Below, one piece after another: positions 16,084 through 24,372 of a DNA stretch of 64,000 nt. The position numbers were made by a program, and so were the translations under genes. Position 1 is the stretch's first letter, and the number at the start of each line of letters is the position of its first letter. Source of the stretch: a virus; the IMG/VR virus record IMGVR_UViG_3300028898_000325, positions 2,631 to 66,630 of that record, one strand, 5' to 3'. Under the pieces are notes generated by a model. That model was not told where the DNA came from, made no database searches, and saw only the letters and a list, made by a program, of their open reading frames with translations.

Positions 16084-16425
16084 ATGATAGAAATAACAAA
16101 CCAAAGAGACGCATTCAGAATTGACCTTTCACAAATTGATGCCCAGGTAAAAGCAACGCAGTTAACCAAAGTGCAAAAGCTGATTTGCAAGTGGTTTAAA
16201 ATAACTCCCGAAACAAAATACCACTTTAAGTTATCGGTAAGAATCATTGGTAAGCACCACATAAAAACAGGAGACTTTGTAATGAGTGATGATGGTCACA
16301 AGTGGATTGTTTGCAGGGTGCATGAGTCCAACGGATGGATCCAAATGAACAGCGTTTTGCCTTTGATTGCATATGGCAGGATGCACATACTGTTGACTTT
16401 AGGAAGGACCGTTCCCGAAGCGTAA
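16084..16425 (+). CDS. Hypothetical protein
   Basis: 113-aa ORF. Confidence 0.55.
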   Translation: MIEITNQRDAFRIDLSQIDAQVKATQLTKVQKLICKWFKITPETKYHFKLSVRIIGKHHIKTGDFVMSDDGHKWIVCRVHESNGWIQMNSVLPLIAYGRMHILLTLGRTVPEA

Positions 16426-16458
16426 AAAATAGCCGTAACAAAAAAGTTAAACACCCCT

Positions 16459-16911
16459 ATGGATAAAGAAAAATTAAAAGCTACCAGCGAACACATTTGT
16501 AAATGGCTGGATGATCACCCTGGATTTTCATTTAACTGGCTGTGTAAAGAATTAAAAGTTGATGGAGCAAACATGCAGCGCTGCAGGCAAAAGAAGTTGT
16601 TTCCTAAAAAGCACATTCCAAAGATGGAAGCTATACTTAAAAAGCAACACTATATTCCTTTTGGAGAAATTTCTATTAAGGTAGAGAGTTTACCAAATAA
16701 GATAACTGTTACTTCAGGGGGCAGTGGCTACAAAAACCACGTCATACCAACAGTTCTAAGTCGGCAGATTACCAAAAAGCCACATCAAAATGAGACATCA
16801 CCTGAAATTGTAGTGGACGGCAACCGTGTACTGCATCCCGAACAACAAAGATTCCCCGGAAGGTATCTTGATGAAGGTATTATTGACTGGAAAATAAGAA
16901 CTGCAAAATGA
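16459..16911 (+). CDS. Hypothetical protein, possible N-terminal HTH
   Basis: WLDDHPGFSFNWLCKELKVDGANMQR resembles an HTH. Confidence 0.5.
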   Translation: MDKEKLKATSEHICKWLDDHPGFSFNWLCKELKVDGANMQRCRQKKLFPKKHIPKMEAILKKQHYIPFGEISIKVESLPNKITVTSGGSGYKNHVIPTVLSRQITKKPHQNETSPEIVVDGNRVLHPEQQRFPGRYLDEGIIDWKIRTAK

Positions 16912-16992
16912 TAAAAATAGTATTGTCCTTTTTGGCACTTCTTCTATGGTATGATTTGCCAGTGATTATTAAAATGATCAAAGAAAAAAATT

Positions 16993-17148
16993 ATGATAGA
17001 CGTTACCCTCTACCACTCACAGCTGGAAACCCTGCAAGAGAAAATAAACAGAAAGATTGACTTACGAGTTGATGTTATACTGTTGTTTGAAAAGGCTTTT
17101 GAAAACAAAAAATTGATCACCAAAAAATTACTACAAAATGAACAATGA
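16993..17148 (+). CDS. Small hypothetical protein (51 aa, not in ORF track)
   Basis: Manual translation MIDVTLYHSQLETLQEKINRKIDLRVDVILLFEKAFENKKLITKKLLQNEQ; overlaps the next start codon. Confidence 0.35.
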   Translation: MIDVTLYHSQLETLQEKINRKIDLRVDVILLFEKAFENKKLITKKLLQNEQ

Positions 17149-18103
17149 TGTTTATGTTTTACAGAAAGACCTCCCCTATGCCAAAGCCGGGGCGGAATAT
17201 CACGTTGATGACAATGGTAACTACAGAACTACTGATGTGATTCAAAATGGGAACGTGACATACGACATACTTAATAAGGCGGTAGTTGAGAATAATCCCG
17301 ACTGGTTCAAGAAAAAGGAGCAGCCTAAAGATTGGCAAGTGCAAAGTTTTTTAACAAAAGACTTGCCTACCAATACCTTGCTGACGAGAATGCCGGACGG
17401 GTTGTATGGACAATTTTTCGCAGTCGAAGAAGAGTTACTAAAGTCGCCACTGCATTTTATATACTCTGTTAAACGTTTGAGTGACGGAAAGGTATTTACC
17501 ATTGGCGATGAAGTAAACTGCGATAAGTGCCCCAAAAGTTTCAGTAAACAAAAAATAGAAAAGTTTATTGTTTCAGAGACGGGCGTAATGGTTGCCTCCT
17601 GTGCAGGAGTTGATACCTCAATAAATAATATGTCACACTTAACAGAGCAGCCCGCACAAGACTTTGTTTGGACTGATGAACTGGTAAAGGATGCTATACT
17701 TGAAGCATGGCTTACCGGAACGTTTAAAAGCGGATTAAGTCCTGCTGAACTTATAAAAAAAATAAAAACTAGCAAGGGCAAACAAAACGACATTTATCCT
17801 GAAAAATGCGAATCATGTGCAGACTTAACCGTTTGTAAAACTATTGGGCGATGTGTAAGATGGAAACCACAAACGACAGATATGGAAGCTATTCTTAAAG
17901 AGCAGATATTTAAATTAAAATTACAGTTGGATGCCTGTAAGACAGAAAAAGGTTTTTGGACTGATGAACTGGTCGAGCGTTATGCAAGAATCAGGGCTAT
18001 TGAATACCCAATGGAATTGCGGCACGTGAAGACAACTATTAGTGAATTTAAAGCAGATGTACAAGCTGAAAAAGAAAAAAGCAAACAAAAGTTATTTTCC
18101 TAA
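17138..18103 (+). CDS. Hypothetical multi-module protein
   Basis: 321 aa; internal repeat FVWTDELV / FWTDELV. Confidence 0.7.
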   Translation: MNNDVYVLQKDLPYAKAGAEYHVDDNGNYRTTDVIQNGNVTYDILNKAVVENNPDWFKKKEQPKDWQVQSFLTKDLPTNTLLTRMPDGLYGQFFAVEEELLKSPLHFIYSVKRLSDGKVFTIGDEVNCDKCPKSFSKQKIEKFIVSETGVMVASCAGVDTSINNMSHLTEQPAQDFVWTDELVKDAILEAWLTGTFKSGLSPAELIKKIKTSKGKQNDIYPEKCESCADLTVCKTIGRCVRWKPQTTDMEAILKEQIFKLKLQLDACKTEKGFWTDELVERYARIRAIEYPMELRHVKTTISEFKADVQAEKEKSKQKLFS

Positions 18104-18219
18104 AAGAGTTTTCCGACAAGTCCTGTGACTACCAATTGCATATTACAAAGCGGATACCTACGGATAAAATTCCTGAAATCAAACAAGCAGTAGAAGCAAT
18201 ACTCAATAAATAAACCACA

Positions 18220-18411
18220 ATGGACGCAAAACAAAAGGCAGAACAAATTTACTGGAAGTATGTAAAGAAGATTGATCCAAACTTTGGCATATTGGTTAAA
18301 AGGCGGGTTCATGATGAAGCGGTGAAATTGGCGCTTGCAGATGAAAAATTGAAGGCAATGAAGAACCCAAATTACATTGCAAAAGTTAAAGCTGAAATCG
18401 AAAAAATATAG
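18220..18411 (+). CDS. Hypothetical protein
   Basis: MDAKQKAEQIYWKY...KAEIEKI. Confidence 0.55.
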   Translation: MDAKQKAEQIYWKYVKKIDPNFGILVKRRVHDEAVKLALADEKLKAMKNPNYIAKVKAEIEKI

Positions 18412-18419
18412 CACAAAAA

Positions 18420-18665
18420 TTAAAGCACCGCCTTCAAGTGTTCAGCCTGCAGGACACAGTTACCATCAATAACTTTTTCCTGCCATTTTAAATAGGCAAC
18501 TCTATCCCCTTCTTTTACTGGGCAATCTTTAATGTCTTTGCTGATTGAAGTAACGATACCGGTTCCAATGAAAGGGTTTTCCTCCAATGCAAGTTTGAGG
18601 CCGGTTGCTGACCGGTCTTTTATTTTTTCGGGCTGTATGATTATATGCTGGGCTATTGGGAGCAT
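18420..18665 (-). CDS. GroES-like co-chaperonin
   Basis: MLPIAQHIIIQP...SATGLKL...GTGIVTSI...VKEGDRVAY follows the GroES pattern. Confidence 0.75.
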   Translation of the reverse strand: MLPIAQHIIIQPEKIKDRSATGLKLALEENPFIGTGIVTSISKDIKDCPVKEGDRVAYLKWQEKVIDGNCVLQAEHLKAVL

Positions 18666-18672
18666 GTTGCAA

Positions 18673-18689
18673 AGTTATGCTTTATAACT
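18673..18689. promoter_or_regulatory. 17-bp palindromic operator-like motif overlapping the minus-strand TAACTTTG box of the GroES-like gene
   Basis: AGTTATGCTTTATAACT; -7 box at 18670-18677. Confidence 0.55.
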
Positions 18690-18738
18690 ACCTAAAAAAT
18701 TTTATCGGTTATTTTGTCATGACAATATAAATATTACT

Positions 18739-18764
18739 TAGCTTTGAGGTTATATAGTATGACT
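18739..18764 (+). promoter_or_regulatory. Bacteroidota -7 box plus degenerate 17-bp palindrome over the start codon
   Basis: TAGCTTTG (18739-18746) followed by GGTTATATAGTATGACT (18748-18764), 14/17 to the reverse complement of the 7796 copy. Confidence 0.5.
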
Positions 18765-19364
18765 TTAAAATGTCCTTTCAACAAGATACTGGTAACGATT
18801 GAAAAAAAGTACCAAGACAAAGAAAAAGGGCTGTTCATTGACACAACGTACCATCCGGAAGAATATGCCACACTGAAAGGCGTAGTGCACAGCGTTCCTG
18901 CCCGGCTGAAAAATGAACACTGGCGGGAAGAAACACAGCAGATCATTCAACCGGGTGATGAAATATGGTTCAGCTTTTACGTGGTGTACAGCTTTACCAG
19001 GTACGAAAACAACGAAACCCCTTCATACAAGAACTTGATTGTATTTGAAGGACAAGAATACTGGCAAGTTGATTACAGTGAGGTGTTTTGCGTGAAGCGT
19101 GGAGACGAAATAATAATGCCCTATCAATACGTGCTGCTGGAACCGATGAAAGACGACAGGAACCTGAAAAGCAAAAGCGGATTGATTATTACCCATAATG
19201 AAACATTTCAAGACCGGGCAAAAGTAAAGGCGCTCCCCAAAATAAATGTTGACTGCACCATTGGAGACATTATACCAATAGAGCAGCAATACGTGCAGAA
19301 ATACCGGCTTTTTGATTCCCTTCATTACATTCTCCCTGTAAGACGGCTGATTGCGAAGTTTTAA
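18759..19364 (+). CDS. Tandem double GroES-like domain protein
   Basis: CPFNKILVT...KGLFI...KGVVHSVP...QPGDEIWF, followed by a second unit PYQYVLLEP...SKSGLII...AKVKALP...IGDII. Confidence 0.7.
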   Translation: MTLKCPFNKILVTIEKKYQDKEKGLFIDTTYHPEEYATLKGVVHSVPARLKNEHWREETQQIIQPGDEIWFSFYVVYSFTRYENNETPSYKNLIVFEGQEYWQVDYSEVFCVKRGDEIIMPYQYVLLEPMKDDRNLKSKSGLIITHNETFQDRAKVKALPKINVDCTIGDIIPIEQQYVQKYRLFDSLHYILPVRRLIAKF

Positions 19365-19388
19365 AATAGTTTTTAACCGTACCCTATT

Positions 19389-20063
19389 TTGGATTTATTC
19401 GACATTCATAACGATGTGTATTTCCTTGCCAACAAGGAAATGAACTACTGGACAAGGGCTGAAATAGACTCGGCTCTGCACACATCGTCACAGGCATACT
19501 TCCGAAAATACTACAACCTGTACTTCGCAAAAGATCAGGATGCCATTGATGCGCTCTCTCCTTTCAAAAAGAAATATTCTTTTACCGAAGCAGACACTCC
19601 AAAAGGCTTGATTGATATTTCAGATGAGAAATACAACTACTGCCACCTTTTAAGCATATACCTGCCTGTTTATGACAGCAAATTAAAGAGAGTGGTACCG
19701 CAAGAAGTAATTCCGGTAAACGAAGATGAACTTCCCCGCAGGCTTCGCAGTCAAATGGAGCCGGTAACTAAAACTACTCCAACAGCAACAGAACCTGGAC
19801 TTGGCCTGATTCAGCTGTACCCGGAAGTGCCAAACACAGGGCATATTTTCTATCTCAAAAACCCCGATGCACCAGTGTTTAAGGCTTCATACGATGACGA
19901 CACCCGTGAGGAACGATACAATAAAAACAACAGCACACAGCTTGAATGGGCAGACACATATGTGAGGCAGATCATTGTCGGCGCTGCAGAAATACTGGCA
20001 ACAAACATTCAAAGCCAAAGGCTGCAACAATATTTAGAAGCAAAACAGCAAACATCAAAATAA
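19389..20063 (+). CDS. Putative tail ring/head-tail connector protein (crAss-like)
   Basis: IHNDVYFLANK...EIDSALH.SS..YF...DALSPF resembles crAss-like ring proteins; position in the virion operon. Confidence 0.55.
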   Translation: MDLFDIHNDVYFLANKEMNYWTRAEIDSALHTSSQAYFRKYYNLYFAKDQDAIDALSPFKKKYSFTEADTPKGLIDISDEKYNYCHLLSIYLPVYDSKLKRVVPQEVIPVNEDELPRRLRSQMEPVTKTTPTATEPGLGLIQLYPEVPNTGHIFYLKNPDAPVFKASYDDDTREERYNKNNSTQLEWADTYVRQIIVGAAEILATNIQSQRLQQYLEAKQQTSK

Positions 20064-20064
20064 A

Positions 20065-21285
20065 ATGGCAACCGTAGTACCCAATCTTAAAGCATCCATT
20101 TCTTTATCCGTAAAGCTGGGTGACTTTACACTGGAAAAAACTTTCTCCGCCGCAAATATCAATGAATATGACAGCAGAAAATTTACTGTGTCATCCACTG
20201 CGGAAACCGTTATTATGCAGTTGGCCGCTACTGCAGCAGCGGGAACCTATGCGATTAACACGCTGAAACTGGCTGCCATTTTTAACAACGATGATACCAA
20301 TGCTGTTCGTGTAAGATTAAAAACAATCACTTCCGGCAAATTGAAGGCATTCGGAAGTTATGCCCCTGGCAACTACTATAAAAATGGGATTTATACCAAC
20401 ATCCCCTTTACCGGTGGTACCGGTTCCGGGGCGACCGGCGCTTTTTCTGTAAACGGTTCAAATATTTTCTCGCTGGGGAACCTTGTTGGTGGTTCCGGAT
20501 ACACCGTTGGTGTATATACCAATGTGGCGCTTACCGGCGGCAGCGGTTCCGGGGCAACAGCCAATGTTACTGTTGGTGCAACAAACGGCATATCAAGCGT
20601 ATTGATTTCAGTTGGCGGCAGCGGGTATATAAATGGTACCTACACTAACGTGCCCATCACTCAAACATCGCCAGCAGGCGGCAGCGGGGCTGAAGCTACT
20701 GTTATTGTTTCCGGCGGGGCTGTTACCAGTATCACCATCACCAAAGCGGGTTCAGGGTATACCAATACCGCTTTCGCAATTATTGACGCCGTTTACCTGG
20801 GCGGCAGCGGTTCCGGGTTTTTTGGCGGAATACTGACTACCAGTTCCGGGGCAATCACTTCCGTACAGGTAAGCAACCGGGGAACCGGGTATGTGGTAGG
20901 CGACACGCTTTCCGTTTCAAATGCAAGTGTTGGCGGAACCGGCTCTGGCTTTTCAATCAAAGTGGATGCTTTATGCGGCGCTATTCAAAACTTAGCCATT
21001 GTCGATAAGGGGAAAGGCTATTCAATAGCCGACACGTTATCTGTTAACCCTGCAAATCTTGGCGGCGCTGGTTCCGGCTTTGCGGCCACCGTATCGGACA
21101 TAGAAACGGCTTCCGATATTCTGGATATGAAACTGGAACCCAAAAGATTCTTTGTGTTCACAAACAGCTCGTTCAGCACAGATAATTCCGGCGGCTCATT
21201 CTTATCATTTAAAAACATTGAATCCGTATCTGTACAGGCAGACATTGCGCCTGCTGACATTGAAATATTAACTCTTTCCGAATAA
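20065..21285 (+). CDS. Gly-rich repeat virion protein (fibre/decoration-like)
   Basis: About six GSGY...GG(S/T)GSG repeats. Confidence 0.65.
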   Translation: MATVVPNLKASISLSVKLGDFTLEKTFSAANINEYDSRKFTVSSTAETVIMQLAATAAAGTYAINTLKLAAIFNNDDTNAVRVRLKTITSGKLKAFGSYAPGNYYKNGIYTNIPFTGGTGSGATGAFSVNGSNIFSLGNLVGGSGYTVGVYTNVALTGGSGSGATANVTVGATNGISSVLISVGGSGYINGTYTNVPITQTSPAGGSGAEATVIVSGGAVTSITITKAGSGYTNTAFAIIDAVYLGGSGSGFFGGILTTSSGAITSVQVSNRGTGYVVGDTLSVSNASVGGTGSGFSIKVDALCGAIQNLAIVDKGKGYSIADTLSVNPANLGGAGSGFAATVSDIETASDILDMKLEPKRFFVFTNSSFSTDNSGGSFLSFKNIESVSVQADIAPADIEILTLSE

Positions 21286-22211
21286 TGCCAGTAACAACAA
21301 AATATACCATGATGGAACAGGTGATGAACCGCTTAAACGGCGGCAATTCATCCGCACCGTCACGTACGCAGCCGGCATATGTCATGAAGTTGATTGAACA
21401 AGTGATCAACAGAAAACTAAAACTCACCCATTTCAACACGCAAATGGCTGCCGGCGAAACTATTCCCGATGGCTGCATGATCGCTACCTATGAAAAAGTT
21501 CCGGTAGAAAGATACCAGGGAAATAGGGCAAGGGCATTTCTGCCAGCTATTCCTATTTCATTGCCACGAAATATGGGAATATTCGCAGTACGGCCGCACA
21601 TTTCAAATGAGTACCTGAAAAAAAATCAACTCAGCGCAAATCCGTACAGCAGCACTGTTATCAACTGTTCATGGACAGGGATTGAATTTGCGTCAGGTTA
21701 TATTTTGGAGAGAGCAAAGGACTTGGGCTTTACTCAAAACCTTACACAGATGTACAGCGGCCCGGACTTGTTTTTTACCGACAACGGCGCTTCTCCATCT
21801 ACGACATATTTCTACCGGGTAAAAGGCTTCAATGCTGATTATATCGACAGCGATTGGGTTGTTGCAACAGCTACTACGCTGCAGGATATTCAGGCGGTTA
21901 AACTTGGTAAGCCGGTAATTAAAACACAGAGAGTAGATAATTATTTCATTTCGTTGTCCTGGTCGACAATACCAAACGCTCAAAATTATATTGTAGAACG
22001 CTCGACCGATTCAAATTTCCCGGCACCAGAAATAGTCTATTACGGGCCAAACGCATACTATACAGACAATGGGTTAACAGCAGATACCATGTATTACTAC
22101 AGGATAACTGCTGTTGCATCTGGCTACATAAATAGCGACAGTGGCTACCACTCCCAAAAAACCAATCCTGCAGGCATTTTTGATAACTCTTTTGATGAAA
22201 CATTTAATTAA
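21285..22211 (+). CDS. Virion protein: ring-like N-terminal part fused to two fibronectin type III domains
   Basis: SWTGIEFASGYILER...FTDNG.SP.TTY.YRVKG and LSWSTIPNAQNYIVER...YTDNGL..DT.YYYRITA; C-terminal IFDNSFDETFN. Confidence 0.75.
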   Translation: MPVTTKYTMMEQVMNRLNGGNSSAPSRTQPAYVMKLIEQVINRKLKLTHFNTQMAAGETIPDGCMIATYEKVPVERYQGNRARAFLPAIPISLPRNMGIFAVRPHISNEYLKKNQLSANPYSSTVINCSWTGIEFASGYILERAKDLGFTQNLTQMYSGPDLFFTDNGASPSTTYFYRVKGFNADYIDSDWVVATATTLQDIQAVKLGKPVIKTQRVDNYFISLSWSTIPNAQNYIVERSTDSNFPAPEIVYYGPNAYYTDNGLTADTMYYYRITAVASGYINSDSGYHSQKTNPAGIFDNSFDETFN

Positions 22212-22216
22212 TCCGT

Positions 22217-23200
22217 ATGGCAACTTTAACAGACTCGCAATTAATAGTACAGGCGCAGCAGATCAAAACAGAGCAAGATCCGCTTGACAATACGGCCGTA
22301 AGGGTTGGGACGATGTTTGAAGAACTGGTAAACAACAAGGTAAACAACGACAAGATAGAGACGTCCTCTTTGTCAAGCAGCACCTCAAAGATACCAAGCT
22401 CGGCCACCGTAAAGGCATACGTGGACAACGCCACAACCGGATTGCTGGATGACAGGGGAAACTATAACGCCGGAGGGAACACCTTCCCGGCTTCCGGCGG
22501 CAGCGGTACGGCCGGGGCCATTAAAAAGGGTGACATATGGTTTATTTCTACTGCCGGCATATTGGGCGGCAACTCTGTTTCGGTGGGAGCTTCAGTGAGG
22601 GCACTGGTAGACTCACCGGGGCAAACAGCGGCAAACTGGTCCATCCTGAGTAATGGCGTGGGGTATACGCCCGAAAACGTGGCAAACAAGTCAACCGATA
22701 TGGCAGCAGATGCCGGTAGCACCATTAAATACCCAACGGTAGCAGCGGTAGAGACGCATCTAGCCGGCATCGTTGGTTCGGCGCCGGTAACAGTGAAAAC
22801 GTCCATTACATCCGCCGAGTTAAAATCATTGGCTTTCCCATTTAAAACCCTGGCAGCTTCACCCGGCACCGGCAAGGCAAGGATTCCCGTTGCGTTTTTG
22901 TTCAAGTATAATGCCGGCACCAGCAGCTATATCATTCCAGGGAACAGCACCTTTTTCGTATATGTGTGCTATACTAGGCCCGGAGGACAAACGATGGCGA
23001 TGGGCGGCACCGCAATTTTATCGCAAAACGTTGCCGACACGGCAAACTTTCGGCCATTTGAGATATTCCAGCCAACCGGCAATACTGGGCTGTTTGGGGT
23101 GACGGATGCAGCAATAACATTGGCAAATTTCAGCGCCAACATGATAACCGGGGATGGAACGCTTGATGTTTATACAACCTATTACGACATAGCATTATGA
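22217..23200 (+). CDS. Putative virion fibre/decoration protein
   Basis: N-terminal IKTE..PLDNTAVRVG; GNYNA....FP..GGSG..GAIKKGD.W motif. Confidence 0.55.
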   Translation: MATLTDSQLIVQAQQIKTEQDPLDNTAVRVGTMFEELVNNKVNNDKIETSSLSSSTSKIPSSATVKAYVDNATTGLLDDRGNYNAGGNTFPASGGSGTAGAIKKGDIWFISTAGILGGNSVSVGASVRALVDSPGQTAANWSILSNGVGYTPENVANKSTDMAADAGSTIKYPTVAAVETHLAGIVGSAPVTVKTSITSAELKSLAFPFKTLAASPGTGKARIPVAFLFKYNAGTSSYIIPGNSTFFVYVCYTRPGGQTMAMGGTAILSQNVADTANFRPFEIFQPTGNTGLFGVTDAAITLANFSANMITGDGTLDVYTTYYDIAL

Positions 23201-23538
23201 TAGCACCACAACAGTACATACCGTTGAGGACAAACGAAAGTTTCATGGTGGCCGGGCAAAACCGGCTGCTCAATACACTAATGGGACTTGTGGGATATGA
23301 GCCGCATGAAAACTACGTGGTGTTTACCGAAGATGTTACCCAAACACGGGCAACAAAATTTGTTGACTTTCAGTTGGTCGTGCAGGACTTCAACAAATAC
23401 GGCGACTATGATCCGTTGCCGTTGCCGCCGGATATGGCTGCAGATGTGATTGAAGAGGTCGTAAAAATGTTGATACCTGAATTGCCACCAGATAAAAAAG
23501 TTGATCCTGTAAGTGTACAAAACATTGAACAACGATGA
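23197..23538 (+). CDS. Putative C-terminal half of a ring-like virion protein
   Basis: YIPLR...LMGLVGYE...DPLPLPPDM..DVIEEVVKML. Confidence 0.5.
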   Translation: MIAPQQYIPLRTNESFMVAGQNRLLNTLMGLVGYEPHENYVVFTEDVTQTRATKFVDFQLVVQDFNKYGDYDPLPLPPDMAADVIEEVVKMLIPELPPDKKVDPVSVQNIEQR

Positions 23539-24287
23539 GATTTACTTCTTTACATACCATTGTTACCGGGCTTCTTATAAGAAAGCAATACCCTATTCAC
23601 TGGTACCTGCAACTTCTTTTTGAAGCTACAAGATGTTTTGAAGAAATGCACTTTGACAGCCTGCAGAACATTCAAACGGTAAGATTAAAAGCGGACGAGC
23701 TTGGGTCGGTGTATTTACCCTGCAATGCCATGGACTTAATCAAAGTTGGTGTACCGCACGGGCAGTATGTACGCCCAATGTTTGAGCGTGACGGCATCAA
23801 CAGCTTGTTTAATTATGATGCAAACGACAACAAGGTATTGTACCCTGATGAAGATTTTGACCTGGCAACAATCGACCGGCTTTTTTTTAATGGCGCCGCT
23901 ATTCATCCGTTTGATAACCGTGGCCTCAGATTTTTTGGCATGGGAGCAAATGACAATACCCAGTCATTCAAATACATCTCAAAAGAAAACAGGATTCAAT
24001 TAAACCAGCATTCAGGACGGAGCGAAGTTATTGTGCAGTTTATTGATGACGGAACCAATGCCGACAATGCAACAATGGTAGACCCAAAAGCAAAAGCAAC
24101 CATTGAAGCATACGCAGATTGGCAGATGAAAGAAAATGGAAGGCAGTATTCCCAGGGAGACAGAGAGAGGGCAAAAAGCAAATACGAATACGAGCACAAA
24201 AAATACAGAGCAAGGAAAAACAGTATGACGAAAGCTGAAATCATGGCAATGTTCCGTGATGCAGCCAAAGGCTCCCCTAAAATATAA
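23535..24287 (+). CDS. Putative tail ring/connector protein
   Basis: 250 aa between ring-like and muzzle-like genes; YLQLL..A.RC.EE.HFD, VYLPC...LIKVG. Confidence 0.55.
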   Translation: MRFTSLHTIVTGLLIRKQYPIHWYLQLLFEATRCFEEMHFDSLQNIQTVRLKADELGSVYLPCNAMDLIKVGVPHGQYVRPMFERDGINSLFNYDANDNKVLYPDEDFDLATIDRLFFNGAAIHPFDNRGLRFFGMGANDNTQSFKYISKENRIQLNQHSGRSEVIVQFIDDGTNADNATMVDPKAKATIEAYADWQMKENGRQYSQGDRERAKSKYEYEHKKYRARKNSMTKAEIMAMFRDAAKGSPKI

Positions 24288-24288
24288 A

Positions 24289-24308
24289 AACCCCGTAGAA
24301 ACGGGGTT
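24289..24308. terminator. Hairpin AACCCCGT-AGAA-ACGGGGTT
   Basis: 8-bp stem directly after a stop codon. Confidence 0.5.
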
Positions 24309-24372
24309 CGTTTAATAGGATAAAATTTAAATAACTATAGAATCGTTGTAAAGTTATATAATCTGACCTTAA

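Noticed and set aside
24352-24368. Seventh copy of the 17-bp palindrome upstream of the muzzle-like gene
   Set aside because: Only 12/17 identity and no adjacent TAnnTTTG box; left as tentative.
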